A stretch of 64,000 bases of DNA from Eledone cirrhosa. Its lineage: Eukaryota. The number at the start of each line of letters is the position of its first letter. Position 1 is the stretch's first letter. The notes below the pieces were generated by a model. That model had not been told where the DNA came from. It searched no databases and worked only from the letters and a program-made list of their open reading frames with translations. Made by a program: the position numbers and the translations under genes. This document shows positions 1 to 15,597 of this stretch, in pieces. The DNA lies in NCBI GenBank assembly GCA_964016885.1, contig OZ024740.1, positions 401,202,001 to 401,266,000 on the forward strand, in the 5' to 3' direction.

Positions 1-3000
1 AACACTATGTAGGATCAGAACACTATAGAACACTATGTTTAAATCAGTACAACATAGAACACTATGCAGAATCAGTACAACATAGAACACCATGTAGAAT
101 CAATTCAACATAGAACATTACGTAGAATCAGTACAACATAGAACACTATGTAGAATCAGTACAGTATAGAACACTATGTAGAATCAGAACAGTATAGAAC
201 ACTATGTAGAACCAGTACGACATAGAACACTATGTAGAATCAGTACAGTATAGAACACTATGTATAATCAGTACAGTATAGAACACTATGTAGAATCAGT
301 ACAACATAGAACACCATGTAGAATCAATTCAACATAGAACATTACGTAGAATCAGTACAACATAGAACACTATGTAGAATCAGTACAGTATAGAACACTA
401 TGTAGAATCAGTAAGTATAGAGCACTATGTAGAATCAGTACAGTATAGAACACTATGTACAATCAGTACAATATAGAACACTATGTAGAATCAGTAAGTA
501 TAGAACACTATGTAGAATCAGTACAGTATAGAACACTATGTAGAATCAGTACACTATAGAACACTATGTAGAATTAGTAAGTATAGAACACTATGTAGAA
601 TCAGTACAGTATAGAACACTATGTAGAATCAGTACAATATAGAACACTATGTAGAATCAGTAAGTATAGAACACTATGTAGAATCAGTACAGTATAGAAC
701 ACTATGCAGAATCAGTACAACATAGAACACTAAGTAGAATCAGTACAGTATAGAACACTATGTAGAATCAGTACACTATAGAACACTATGTAAAATCAGT
801 ACAACATAGAACACTATGTAGAATCAGTACAGCATAGAACACTATGTAGAATCAGTACAACATAGAACATTACGTAGAATCAGTACAACATAGAACACTA
901 TGTAGAATCAGTACAACATAGAACACTATGTAGAATCAGTACATCATAGAACACTATGTAGAATCAGTACAGTATAGAACACTATGTAGAATCAGTACAA
1001 TATAGAACACTATGTAGAATCAGTAAGTATAGAACACTATGTAGAATCAGTACAGTATAGAACACTATTTAGAATCAGTACAGTATAGAACACTATGTAG
1101 AATCAGTACAGTATAGAACACTATATAGAATCAGTACAATATAGAACACTATATAGAATCAGTAAGTATAGAACACTATGTAGAATCAGTACACTATAGA
1201 ACACTATGTAGAATCAGTACAGTATAGAACACTATGTAGAATCAGTACAGTATAGAACACTATGTAGAATCAGTACAGTATAGAACACTATGCAGAATCA
1301 GTACAGTATAGAACACTATGTAGAATCAGTACAATATAGAACACTATGTAGAATCAGTAAGTATAGAACACTATGTAGAATCAGTACAATATAGAACACT
1401 ATTTAGAATCAGTACAGTATAGAACACTATGTAGAATCAGTACAGTATAGAACACTATATAGAATCAGTACAATATAGAACACTATATAGAATCAGTAAG
1501 TATAGAACACTATGTAGAATCAGTACACTATAGAACACTATGTAGAATCAGTACAGTATAGAACACTATGTAGAATCAGTACAGTATAGAACACTATTTA
1601 GAATCAGTACAGTATAGAACACTATGAAGAAACAGTACAGTTTAGAACATTATATAGAATCAGTACAATATAGAACACTATATAGAATCAGTAAGTATAG
1701 AACACTATGTAGAATCAGAACACTATAGAACACTATGTAGAATCAGTACAGTATAGAACACTATGTAGAATCAGTACAGTATAGAACACTATGTAGAATC
1801 AGTACAGTATAGAACACTATGTAGAATCAGTACAACATAGAACACTATGTAGAATCAGAACACTATAGAACACTATGTAGAATCAGTACAGTATAGAACA
1901 CTATGTAGGATCAGAACACTATAGAACACTATGTATAAATCAGTACAACATAGAACACTATGTAGAATCAGTACAGTATAGAACACTATGTAGAACCAGT
2001 ACGACATAGAACACTATGTAGAATCAGTACAGTATAGAACACTATGTATAATCAGTACAGTATAGAACACTATGTAGAATCAGTACAACATAGAACACCA
2101 TGTAGAATCAATTCAACATAGAACATTAGGTAGAATCAGTACAACATAGAACACTATGTAGAATCAGTACAGTATAGAACACTATGTAGAATCAGTAAGT
2201 ATAGAGCACTATGTAGAATCAGTACAGTATAGAACACTATGTACAATCAGGACAATATAGAACACTATGTAGAATCAGTAAGTATAGAACACTATGTAGA
2301 ATCAGTACAGTATAGAACACTATGTAGAATCAGTACACTATAGAACACTATGTAGAATTAGTAAGTATAGAACACTATGTAGAATCAGTACAGTATAGAA
2401 CACTATGTAGAATCAGTACAATATAGAACACTATGTAGAATCAGTAAGTATAGAACACTATGTAGAATCAGTACAGTATAGAACACTATGCAGTATCAGT
2501 ACAACATAGAACACTATGTAGAATCAGTACAGTATAGAACACTATGTAGAATCAGTACACTATAGAACACTATGTAAAATCAGTACAACATAGAACACCA
2601 TGTAGAATCAATTCAACATAGAACATTACGTAGAATCAGTACAACATAGAACACTATGTAGAATCAGTACAACATAGAACACTATGTAGAATCAGTACAG
2701 TATAGAATACTATGTAGAATCAGTACAATATAGAACACTATGTAGAATCAGTAAGTATAGAACACTATGTAGAATCAGTACAGTATAGAACACTATTTAG
2801 AATCAGTACAGTATAGAACACTATGTAGAATCAGTACATTATAGAACACTATATAGAATCAGTACAATATAGAACACTATATAGAATCAGTAAGTATAGA
2901 ACACTATGTAGAATCAGTACACTATAGAACACTATGTAGAATCAGTACAGTATAGAACACTATGTAGAATCAGTACAGTATAGAACACTATGTAGAATCA

Positions 3001-6000
3001 GTACAGTATAGAACACTATGTAGAATCAGTACAACATAGAACACTATGTAGAATCAGTACAACATAGAACACTATGTAGAATCAGTACAGTATAGAACAC
3101 TATGTAGAATCAGTACAACATAAAACACTATGTAGAATCAGTCCAACATAGAACACTATGTAGAATCAGTACAACATAGAACACTATGTAGAATCAGTAC
3201 AACATAGAACACCATGTAGAATCAATTCAACATAGAACATTACGTAGAATCAGTACAACATAGAACACTATGCAGAATCAGTACAGTATAGAACACTATG
3301 TCGCCCCAGTACAACATAGAACACTAGAACACTATGTAGAACCAGTACAGTATAGAACACTACGTATAATCAGTACAGTATAGAACACTATGTTGAGTCA
3401 GTAAGTATAGAACACTATGTAGAAGCAGTACAACATAGAACACCATGTAGAATCAACTAAAAATAGAACATTACGTAGAATCAGTACAACATAGAACACT
3501 ATGTAGAATCGGTACAGTATAGAGCACTATGTAGAATCAGTACAACATAGAACACTATGTAGAATCAGCACAACATAGAACACTATGTAGAATGAGAACA
3601 CTATAGAACACTATGTAGAATCAGTACAGTATAGAACACTATGTAGGCTCAGAACACTATAGAACACTATGTAAAATCAGTACATCATAGAACACTATGT
3701 AGAATCAGTACAGTATTGAACACTATGTAGAATCAGTACAGTATAGAACACTATGTAGAATCAGTACAGTATAGAACACTATGTAGAATCAGTACAGTAT
3801 AGAACATTATGTAGAATCAGTACAACATAGAACACTATGTAGAATATGTACCACATAGATCACTATGTAGAATCAATTCAACATAGAACATTACGTAGAA
3901 TCAGTACAACATAGAACACTATGTAGAATCAGTACAGTATAGAACACTATGTAGAATCAGTAAGTATAGAGCACTATGTAGAATCAGTACAGTATAGAAC
4001 ACTATGTAGAATCAGTACAATATAGAACACTATGTAGAATCAGTAAGTATAGAACACTATGTAGAATCAGTACAGTATAGAACACTATGTAGAATCAGTA
4101 CACTATAGAACACTATGTAGAATTAGTAAGTATAGAACACTATGTAGAATCAGTACAGTATAGAACACTATGTAGAATCAGTACAATATAGAACACTATG
4201 TAGAATCAGTAAGTATAGAACACTATGTAGAATCAGTACAGTATAGAACACTATGCAGAATCAGTACAACATAGAACACTATGTAGAATCAGTACAGTAT
4301 AGAACACTATGTAGAATCAGTACACTATAGAACACTATGTAAAATCAGTACAACATAGAACACTATGTAGAATCAGTACAGCATAGAACACTATGTAGAA
4401 TCAGTACAACATAGAACACCATGTAGAATCAATTCAACATAGAACATTACGTAGAATCAGTACAACATAGAACACTATGTAGAATCAGTACAACATAGAA
4501 CACTATGTAGAATCAGTACATCATAGAACACTATGTAGAATCAGTACAGTATAGAACACTATGTAGAATCAGTACAATATAGAACACTATGTAGAATCAG
4601 TAAGTATAGAACACTATGTAGAATCAGTACAGTATAGAACACTATTTAGAATCAGTACAGTATAGAACACTATGTAGAATCAGTACAGTATAGAACACTA
4701 TGTAGAATCAGTACAGTATAGAACACTATGTAGAATCAGTACAACATAGAACACTATGTAGAATCAGTACAACATAGAACACTATGTAGAATCAGTACAG
4801 TATAGAACACTATGTACAATCAGGACAATATAGAACACTATGTAGAATCAGTAAGTATAGAACACTATGTAGAATCAGTACAGTATAGAACACTATGTAG
4901 AATCAGTACACTATAGAACACTATGTAGAATTAGTAAGTATAGAACACTATGTAGAATCAGTACAGTATAGAACACTATGTAGAATCAGTACAATATAGA
5001 ACACTATGTAGAATCAGTAAGTATAGAACACTATGTAGAATCAGTACAGTATAGAACACTATGCAGTATCAGTACAACATAGAACACTATGTAGAATCAG
5101 TACAGTATAGAACACTATGTAGAATCAGTACACTATAGAACACTATGTAAAATCAGTACAACATAGAACACCATGTAGAATCAATTCAACATAGAACATT
5201 ACGTAGAATCAGTACAACATAGAACACTATGTAGAATCAGTACAACATAGAACACTATGTAGAATCAGTACAGTATAGAATACTATGTAGAATCAGTACA
5301 ATATAGAACACTATGTAGAATCAGTAAGTATAGAACACTATGTAGAATCAGTACAGTATAGAACACTATTTAGAATCAGTACAGTATAGAACACTATGTA
5401 GAATCAGTACATTATAGAACACTATATAGAATCAGTACAATATAGAACACTATATAGAATCAGTAAGTATAGAACACTATGTAGAATCAGTACACTATAG
5501 AACACTATGTAGAATCAGTACAGTATAGAACACTATGTAGAATCAGTACAGTATAGAACACTATGTAGAATCAGTACAGTATAGAACACTATGTAGAATC
5601 AGTACAACATAGAACACTATGTAGAATCAGTACAACATAGAACACTATGTAGAATCAGTACAGTATAGAACACTATGTAGAATCAGTACAACATAAAACA
5701 CTATGTAGAATCAGTCCAACATAGAACACTATGTAGAATCAGTACAACATAGAACACTATGTAGAATCAGTACAACATAGAACACCATGTAGAATCAATT
5801 CAACATAGAACATTACGTAGAATCAGTACAACATAGAACACTATGCAGAATCAGTACAGTATAGAACACTATGTCGCCCCAGTACAACATAGAACACTAG
5901 AACACTATGTAGAACCAGTACAGTATAGAACACTACGTATAATCAGTACAGTATAGAACACTATGTTGAGTCAGTAAGTATAGAACACTATGTAGAAGCA

Positions 6001-8185
6001 GTACAACATAGAACACCATGTAGAATCAACTAAAAATAGAACATTACGTAGAATCAGTACAACATAGAACACTATGTAGAATCGGTACAGTATAGAGCAC
6101 TATGTAGAATCAGTACAACATAGAACACTATGTAGAATCAGCACAACATAGAACACTATGTAGAATGAGAACACTATAGAACACTATGTAGAATCAGTAC
6201 AGTATAGAACACTATGTAGGATCAGAACACTATAGAACACTATGTAAAATCAGTACATCATAGAACACTATGTAGAATCAGTACAGTATTGAACACTATG
6301 TAGAATCAGTACAGTATAGAACACTATGTAGAATCAGTACAGTATAGAACACTATGTAGAATCAGTACAGTATAGAACATTATGTAGAATCAGTACAACA
6401 TAGAACACTATGTAGAATATGTACCACATAGATCACTATGTAGAATCAATTCAACATAGAACATTACGTAGAATCAGTACAACATAGAACACTATGTAGA
6501 ATCAGTACAGTATAGAACACTATGTAGAATCAGTAAGTATAGAGCACTATGTAGAATCAGTACAGTATAGAACACTATGTAGAATCAGTACAATATAGAA
6601 CACTATGTAGAATCAGTAAGTATAGAACACTATGTAGAATCAGTACAGTATAGAACACTATGTAGAATCAGTACACTATAGAACACTATGTAGAATTAGT
6701 AAGTATAGAACACTATGTAGAATCAGTACAGTATAGAACACTATGTAGAATCAGTACAATATAGAACACTATGTAGAATCAGTACAGTATAGAACACTAT
6801 GTAGAATCAGTACACTATAGAACACTATGTAAAATCAGTACAACATAGAACACTATGTAGAATCAGTACAGCATAGAACACTATGTAGAATCAGTACAAC
6901 ATAGAACACCATGTAGAATCAATTCAACATAGAACATTACGTAGAATCAGTACAACATAGAACACTATGTAGAATCAGTACAACATAGAACACTATGTAG
7001 AATCAGTACATCATAGAACACTATGTAGAATCAGTACAGTATAGAACACTATGTAGAATCAGTACAATATAGAACACTATGTAGAATCAGTAAGTATAGA
7101 ACACTATGTAGAATCAGTACAGTATAGAACACTATTTAGAATCAGTACAGTATAGAACACTATGTAGAATCAGTACAGTATAGAACACTATGTAGAATCA
7201 GTACAGTATAGAACACTATGTAGAATCAGTACAACATAGAACACTATGTAGAATCAGTACAACATAGAACACTATGTAGAATCAGTACAGTATAGAACAC
7301 TATGTAGAATCAGTACAACATAGAACACTATGTAGAATCAGTACAACATAGAACACTATGTAGAATCAGTACAACATAGAACACCATGTAGAATCAATTC
7401 AACATAGAACATTGCGTAGAATCAGTACACTATAGAACACTATGTAGAATCAGTACAGTATAGAACACTATGTAGAATCAGTACAGTATAGAGCACTATG
7501 TAGAATCAGTACAACATAGAACACTATGTAGAATCAGAATACTATAGAACACTATGTAGAATCAGTACAGTATAGAACACTATGTAGGATCAGAACACTA
7601 TAGAACACTATGTAAAATCAGTACAACATAGAACACTATGTAGAATCAGTACAACATAGAACACCATGTAGAATCAATTCAACATAGAACATTACGTAGA
7701 ATCAGTACAACATAGAACACTATGTAGAATCAGTACAGTATAGAACACTATGTAGAAACAGAACAGTATAGAACACTATGTAGAACCAGTACGACATAGA
7801 ACACTATGTAGAATCAGTACAGTATAGAACACTATGTATAATCAGTACAGTATAGAACACTATGTAGAATCAGTACAACATAGAACACCATGTAGAATCA
7901 ACTAAAAACAGAACATTACATAGAATCAGTACAACATAGAACACTATGTAGAATCGGTACAACATAGAACACTATGTAGAATCAGTACAACATAGAACAC
8001 TATGTAGAATCAGCACAGCATAGAACACTATGTAGAATCAATACAACATAGAACACTATGTAGAATTAGTACAGTATAGAACACTATGTAGAATCAGTAC
8101 AGTATAGAACACTATGTAGAATCAGTACATCATAGAACACTATGTAGAATCAGTACAGTATAGAATACTATGTAGAATCAGTACA
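1..8185 (+). repeat. Copy A of a >=8.2-kb near-identical block (copy B at 15598 to about 23782, offset 15,597)
   Basis: Rare markers recur at exactly +15,597: TAAGTAG 731/16328, ATGAAGAAAC 1624/17221, TCGCCCC 3301/18898 and 5874/21471, ATTGCG 7411/23008. The copies diverge just after GAATACT (about 8185/23782). Confidence 0.92.
2220..7300 (+). repeat. Tandem higher-order duplication, unit 2,573 bp (also present in copy B at about 17820-22900)
   Basis: GTACAATCAGGAC 2241/4814 and TCGCCCC 3301/5874. The units differ by GGCTC vs GGATC (about 3646/6219) and by a 3-monomer deletion near 6780. Confidence 0.9.
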
Positions 8186-11100
8186 ACATAGAACACTATG
8201 TAGAATCGGTACAGCATAGAACACTATGTAGAATCAGTACAACATAGAACACTATGTAGAATCAGCACAACATAGAACACTATGTAGAATCAATACAAGA
8301 TAGAACACTATGTAGAATTAGTACAGTATAGAACACTATGTAGAATCAGTACAGTATAGACCACTATGTAGAATCAGTACAGTATAGGACACTATGTAGA
8401 ATCAGTACAGTATAGAACACTATGTAGAATCAGTACAGTATAGAACACTATGTAGAATTAGTACAACATAGAACAGTATGTATAATCAGTACAGTATAGA
8501 CCACTATGTAGAATCACTAAAACATTGAACACTATGTAGAATCAACACAACATAGAACACTATGTAGAATCAGTACACTATAGAACACTATGTAAAATCA
8601 GTACAATATAGAACACTATGTAGAATCAGTACAACATAGAACACCATGTAGAATCAATTCAACATAGAACATTACGTAGAATCAGTACAACATAGAACAC
8701 TATGTAGAATCAGTACAGTATAGAACACTATGTAGAATCAGAACAGTATAGAACACTATGTAGAACCAGTACGACATAGAACACTATGTAGAATCAGTAC
8801 AGTATAGAACACTATGTATAATCAGTACAGTATAGAACACTATGTAGAATCAGTACAACATAGAACACCATGTAGAATCAACTAAAAACAGAACATTACA
8901 TAGAATCAGTACAACATAGAACACTATGTAGAATCAGCACAGCATAGAACTCTATGTAGAATCAATACAACATAGAACACTATGTAGAATTAGTACAGTA
9001 TAGAACACTATGTAGAATCAGTACAGTATAGAACACTATGTAGAATCAGTACATCATAGAACACTATGTAGAATCAGTACAGTATAGAATACAATGTAGA
9101 ATCAGTACAGTATAGAACACTATGTAGAATCAGTACAGTATAGAACACTATGTAGAATCAGTACAACATAGAACACTATGTAGAATCAGTACAGTATAGA
9201 ACACTATGTAGAATCAGTACAACATAGAACACTGTGTAGAATCAGTACAATATAGAACACTGTGTATAATCAGTACAGTATAGAACATTATGTAGAATCA
9301 GTACAACATAGAACACTATGTAGAATATGTACCACATAGAACACTATGTAGAATCAATTCCACATAGAACATTACGTAGAATCAGTACAACATAGAACAC
9401 TATGTAGAATCAGTACAGTATAGAACACTATGTAGAATCAGTAAGTATAGAGCACTATGTAGAATCAGTACAGTATAGAACACTATGTAGAATCAGTACA
9501 ATATAGAACACTATGTAGAATCAGTAAGTATAGAACACTATGTAGAATCAGTACAGTATAGAACACTATGCAGAATCAGTACAACATAGAACACTATGTA
9601 GAATCAGTACAGTATAGAACACTATGTAGAATCAGTACACTATAGAACACTATGTAAAATCAGTACAACATAGAACACTATGTAGAATCAGTACAACATA
9701 GAACACTATGTAGAATCAGTACAACATAGAACACCATGTAGAATCAATTCAACATAGAACATTACGTAGAATCAGTACAACATAGAACACTATGCAGAAT
9801 CAGTACAACATAGAACACTATGTAGAATCAATACATCATAGAACACTATGTAGAATCAGTACAGTATAGAACACTATGTAGAATCAGTACAATATAGAAC
9901 ACTATGTAGAATCAGTATTTATAGAACACTATGTAGAATCAGTACAATATAGAACACTATTTAGAATCAGTACAGTATAGAACACTATGTAGAATCAGTA
10001 CAGTTTAGAACATTATATAGAATCAGTACAATATAGAACACTATATAGAATCAGTAAGTATAGAACACTATGTAGAATCAGTACACTATAGAACACTATG
10101 TAGAATCAGTACAGTATAGAACACTATGTAGAATCAGTGCAGTATAGAACACTATGTAGAATCAGTACAGTATAGAGCACTATGTAGAATCAGTACAACA
10201 TAGAACACTATGTAGAATCAGAACACTATAGAACACTATGTAGAATCAGTACAGTATAGAACACTATGTAGGATCAGAACACTATAGAACACTATGTAAA
10301 ATCAGTACAACATAGAACACTATGTAGAATCAGTACAACATAGAACACCATGTAGAATCAATTTAACATAGAACATTACGTAGAATCAGTACAACATAGA
10401 ACACTATGTAGAATCAGTACAGTATAGAACACTATGTAGAATCAGAACAGTATAGAACACTATGTAGAACCAGTACGACATAGAACACTATGTAGAATCA
10501 GTACAGTATAGAACACTATGTATAATCAGTACAGTATAGAACACTATGTAGAATCAGTACAACATAGAACACCATGTAGAATCAACTAAAAACAGAACAT
10601 TACATAGAATCAGTACAACATAGAACACTATGTAGAATCGGTACAACATAGAACACTATGTAGAATCAGTACAACATAGAACACTATGTAGAATCAGCAC
10701 AGCATAGAACACTATGTAGAATCAATACAACATAGAACACTATGTAGAATTAGTACAGTATAGAACACTATGTAGAATCAGTACAGTATAGAACACTATG
10801 TAGAATCAGTACATCATAGAACACTATGTAGAATCAGTACAGTATAGAATACTATGTAGAATCAGTACAGTATAGAACACTATGTAGAATCAGTACAGTA
10901 TAGAACACTATGTAGAATCAGTACAACATAGACCACTATCTAGAATCAGTACAGTATAGACCACTATGTAGAATCAGTACAGTATAGGACACTATGTAGA
11001 ATCAGTACAGTATAGAACACTATGTAGAATCAGTACAGTATAGAACACTATGTAGAATCAGTACAACATAGAACACTATGTATAATCAGTACAGTATAGA

Positions 11101-14100
11101 CCACTATGTAGAATCACTAAAACATTGAACACTATGTAGAATCAACACAACATAGAACACTATGTAGAATCAGTACACTATAGAACACTATGTAGAATCA
11201 GTACAACATAGAACACTATGTAGAATCAGTACAACATAGAAAACTATGTAGAATCAGTACAGTATAGAACACTATGTAGATTCAGTACAGTATAGAACAC
11301 TATGTAGAATCAGTACAGTATAGAACACTATGTAGAATCAGTACAACATAGAACACTATGTATAATCAGTACAGTATAGACCACTATGTAGAATCACTAA
11401 AACATTGAACACTATGTAGAATCAACACAACATAGAACACTATGTAGAATCAGTACAGTATAGACCACTATGTAGAATCAGTACAGTATAGGACACTATG
11501 TAGTATCAGTACAGTATAGAACACTATATTGCATCAGTACAACATAGAACACCATGCAGAATCAACTAAAAATAGAACATTACGTAGAATCAGTACAACA
11601 TAGAACACTATGTAGAATCAGTACAATATAGAACACTGTGTATAATCAGTACAGTATAGAACACTATGTAGAATCAGTACAACATAGAACACTATGCATA
11701 ATCAGTACAGTATAGACCACTATGTAGAATCACTAAAACATTGAACACTATGTAGAATCAACACAACATAGAACACTATGTAGAATCAGTACACTATAGA
11801 ACACTATGTAGAATCAGTACAACATAGAACACTATGTAGCCTCAGTACAACATAGAACACCATGTAGAATCAGTACAGTATAGAACACTATGTAGAATCA
11901 GTACAGTATAGAACACTATGTAGAATCAGTACAACATAGAACACTATGTAGAATCAGCACAGCATAGAACACTATGTAGAATCAGTACAACATAGAACAC
12001 TTTGTAGAATTAGTACAGTATAGAACACTATGTAGGTTCAATACAATATAGAACACTATGTATAATCAGTACATCGTAGATCACTATGTAGGATCAATAC
12101 AACATAGAGCACTATGTAGAATCAGTACAGTATAGAACACTATGTAGAATCAGTACAGTATAGAACACTATGTAGAATCAGTACAACATAGAACACTGTG
12201 TAGAATCAGTACAATATAGAACACTGTGTATAATCAGTACAGTATAGAACATTATGTAGAATCAGTACAACATAGAACACTATGTAGAATATGTACCACA
12301 TAGAACACTATGTAGAATCAATTCAACATAGAACATTACGTAGAATCAGTACAACATAGAACACTATGTAGAATCAGTACAGTATAGAACACTATGTAGA
12401 ATCAGTATGTATAGAGCACTATGTAGAATCAGTACAGTATAGAACACTATGTAGAATCAGTACAATATAGAACACTATGTAGAATCAGTAAGTATAGAAC
12501 ACTATGTAGAATCAGTACAGTATAGAACACTATGCAGAATCAGTACAACATAGAACACTATGTAGAATCAGTACAGTATAGAACACTATGTAGAATCAGT
12601 ACACTATAAAACACTATGTAAAATCAGTACAACATAGAACACTATGTAGAATCAGTACAACATAGAACACTATGTAGAATCAGTACAACATAGAACACCA
12701 TGTAGAATCAATTCAACATAGAACATTACGTAGAATCAGTACAACATAGAACACTATGTAGAATCAGTACAACATAGAACACTATGTAGAATCAGTACAT
12801 CATAGAACACTATGTAGAATCAGTACAATATAGAACACTATGTAGAATCAGTAAGTATAGAACACTATGTAGAATCAGTACAATATAGAACACTATTTAG
12901 AATCAGTACAGTATAGAACACTATGTAGAATCAGTACAGTATAGAACACTATATAGAATCAGTACAATATAGAACACTATATAGAATCAGTAAGTATAGA
13001 ACACTATGTAGAATCAGTACACTATAGAACACTATGTAGAATCAGTACAGTATAGAACACTATGTAGAATCAGTACAGTATAGAACACTATTTAGAATCA
13101 GTACAGTATAGAACACTATGTAGAATCAGTACAGTTTAGAACATTATATAGAATCAGTACAATATAGAACACTATATAGAATCAGTAAGTATAGAACACT
13201 ATGTAGAATCAGTACACTATAGAACACTATGTAGAATCAGTACAGTATAGAACACTATGTAGAATCAGTACAGTATATAACACTATGTAGAATCAGTACA
13301 GTATAGAACACTATGTAGAATCAGTACAACATAGAACACTATGTAGAATCAGAACACTATAGAACACTATGTAGAATCAGTACAGTATAGAACACTATGT
13401 AGGATCAGAACACTATAGAACACTATGTTTAAATCAGTACAACATAGAACACCATGCAGAATCAACTAAAAATAGAACATTACGTAGAATCAGTACAACA
13501 TAGAACACTATGTAGAATCAGTACAATATAGAACACTGTGTATAATCAGTACAGTATAGAACACTATGTAGAATCAGTACAACATAGAACACTATGCATA
13601 ATCAGTACAGTATAGACCACTATGTAGAATCACTAAAACATTGAACACTATGTAGAATCAACACAACATAGAACACTATGTAGAATCAGTACACTATAGA
13701 ACACTATGTAGAATCAGTACAACATAGAACACTATGTAGACTCAGTACAACATAGAACACCATGTAGAATCAGTACAGTATAGAACACTATGTAGAATCA
13801 GTACAGTATAGAACACTATGTAGAATCAGTACAACATAGAACACTATGTAGAATCAGCACAGCATAGAACACTATGTAGAATCAGTACAACATAGAACAC
13901 TGTGTAGAATCAGTACAATATAGAACACTGTGTATAATCAGTACAGTATAGAACATTATGTAGAATCAGTACAACATAGAACACTATGTAGAATATGTAC
14001 CACATAGAACACTATGTAGAATCAATTCAACATAGAACATTACGTAGAATCAGTACAACATAGAACACAATGTAGAATCAGTACAGTATAGAACACTATG

Positions 14101-15597
14101 TAGAATCAGTAAGTATAGAACACTATGTAGAATCAGTACAGTATAGAACAATATGCAGAATCAGTACAACATAGAACACTATGTAGAATCAGTACAGTAT
14201 AGAACACTATGTAGAATCAGTACACTATAAAACACTATGTAAAATCAGTACAACATAGAACACTATGTAGAATCAGTACAACATAGAACACTATGTAGAA
14301 TCAGTACAACATAGAACACCATGTAGAATCAATTCAACATAGAACATTACGTAGAATCAGTACAACATAGAACACTATGTAGAATCAGTACAACATAGAA
14401 CACTGTGTAGAATCAGTACAATATAGAACACTGTGTATAATCAGTACATTATAGAACATTATGTAGAATCAGTACAACATAGAACACTATGTAGAATATG
14501 TACCACGTAGAACACTATGTAGTATCAATTCAACATAGAACACTATGTAGAATAGGTACAGTATAGAACACTATGTAGAATCAGTAAGTATAGAGCACTA
14601 TGTAGAATCAGTACAGTATAGAACACTATGTAGAATCAGTACAATATAGAACACTATGTAGAATTAGTAAGTATAGAACACTATGTAGAATCAGTACAGT
14701 ATAGAACACTATGCAGAATCAGTACAACAATGAACACTATGTAGAATCAGTACAGTATAGAACACTATGTAGAATCAGTACACTATAAAACACTATGTAA
14801 AATCAGTACAATATAGAACACTATGTAGAATCAGTACAACATAGAACACTATGTAGAATCAGTACAACATAGAACACCATGTAGAATCAATTCAACATAG
14901 AACATTACGTAGAATCAGTACAACATAGAACACTATGTAGAATCAGTACAACATAGAACACTATGTAGAATCAGTACATCATAGAACACTATGTAGAATC
15001 AGTACAGTATAGAACATTATGTAGAATCAGTACAATATAGAACACTATGTAGAATCAGTAAGTATAGAACACTATGTAGAATCAGTACAATATAGAACAC
15101 TATTTAGAATCAGTACAGTATAGAACACTATGTAGAATCAGTACAGTATAGAACACTATATAGAATCAGTACAATATAGAACACTATATAGAATCAGTAA
15201 GTATAGAACACTATGTAGAATCAGTACACTATAGAACACTATGTAGAATCAGTACAGTATAGAACACTATGTAGAATCAGTACAGTATAGAACACTATTT
15301 AGAATCAGTACAGTATAGAACACTATGTAGAATCAGTACAGTTTAGAACATTATATAGAATCAGTACAATATAGAACACTATATAGAATCAGTAAGTATA
15401 GAACACTATGTAGAATCAGTACACTATAGAACACTATGTAGAATCAGTACAGTATAGAACACTATGTAGAATCAGTATAGTATAGAACACTATGTAGAAT
15501 CAGTACAGTATAGAACACTATGTAGAATCAGTACAACATAGAACACTATGTAGAATCAGAACACTATAGAACACTATGTAGAATCAGTACAGTATAG

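Noticed and set aside
263-268. TATAAT (-10-like) hexamer in the TGTATAATC variant, many copies
   Set aside because: It is a single G>T variant of TAGAAT with no -35 element or downstream gene.
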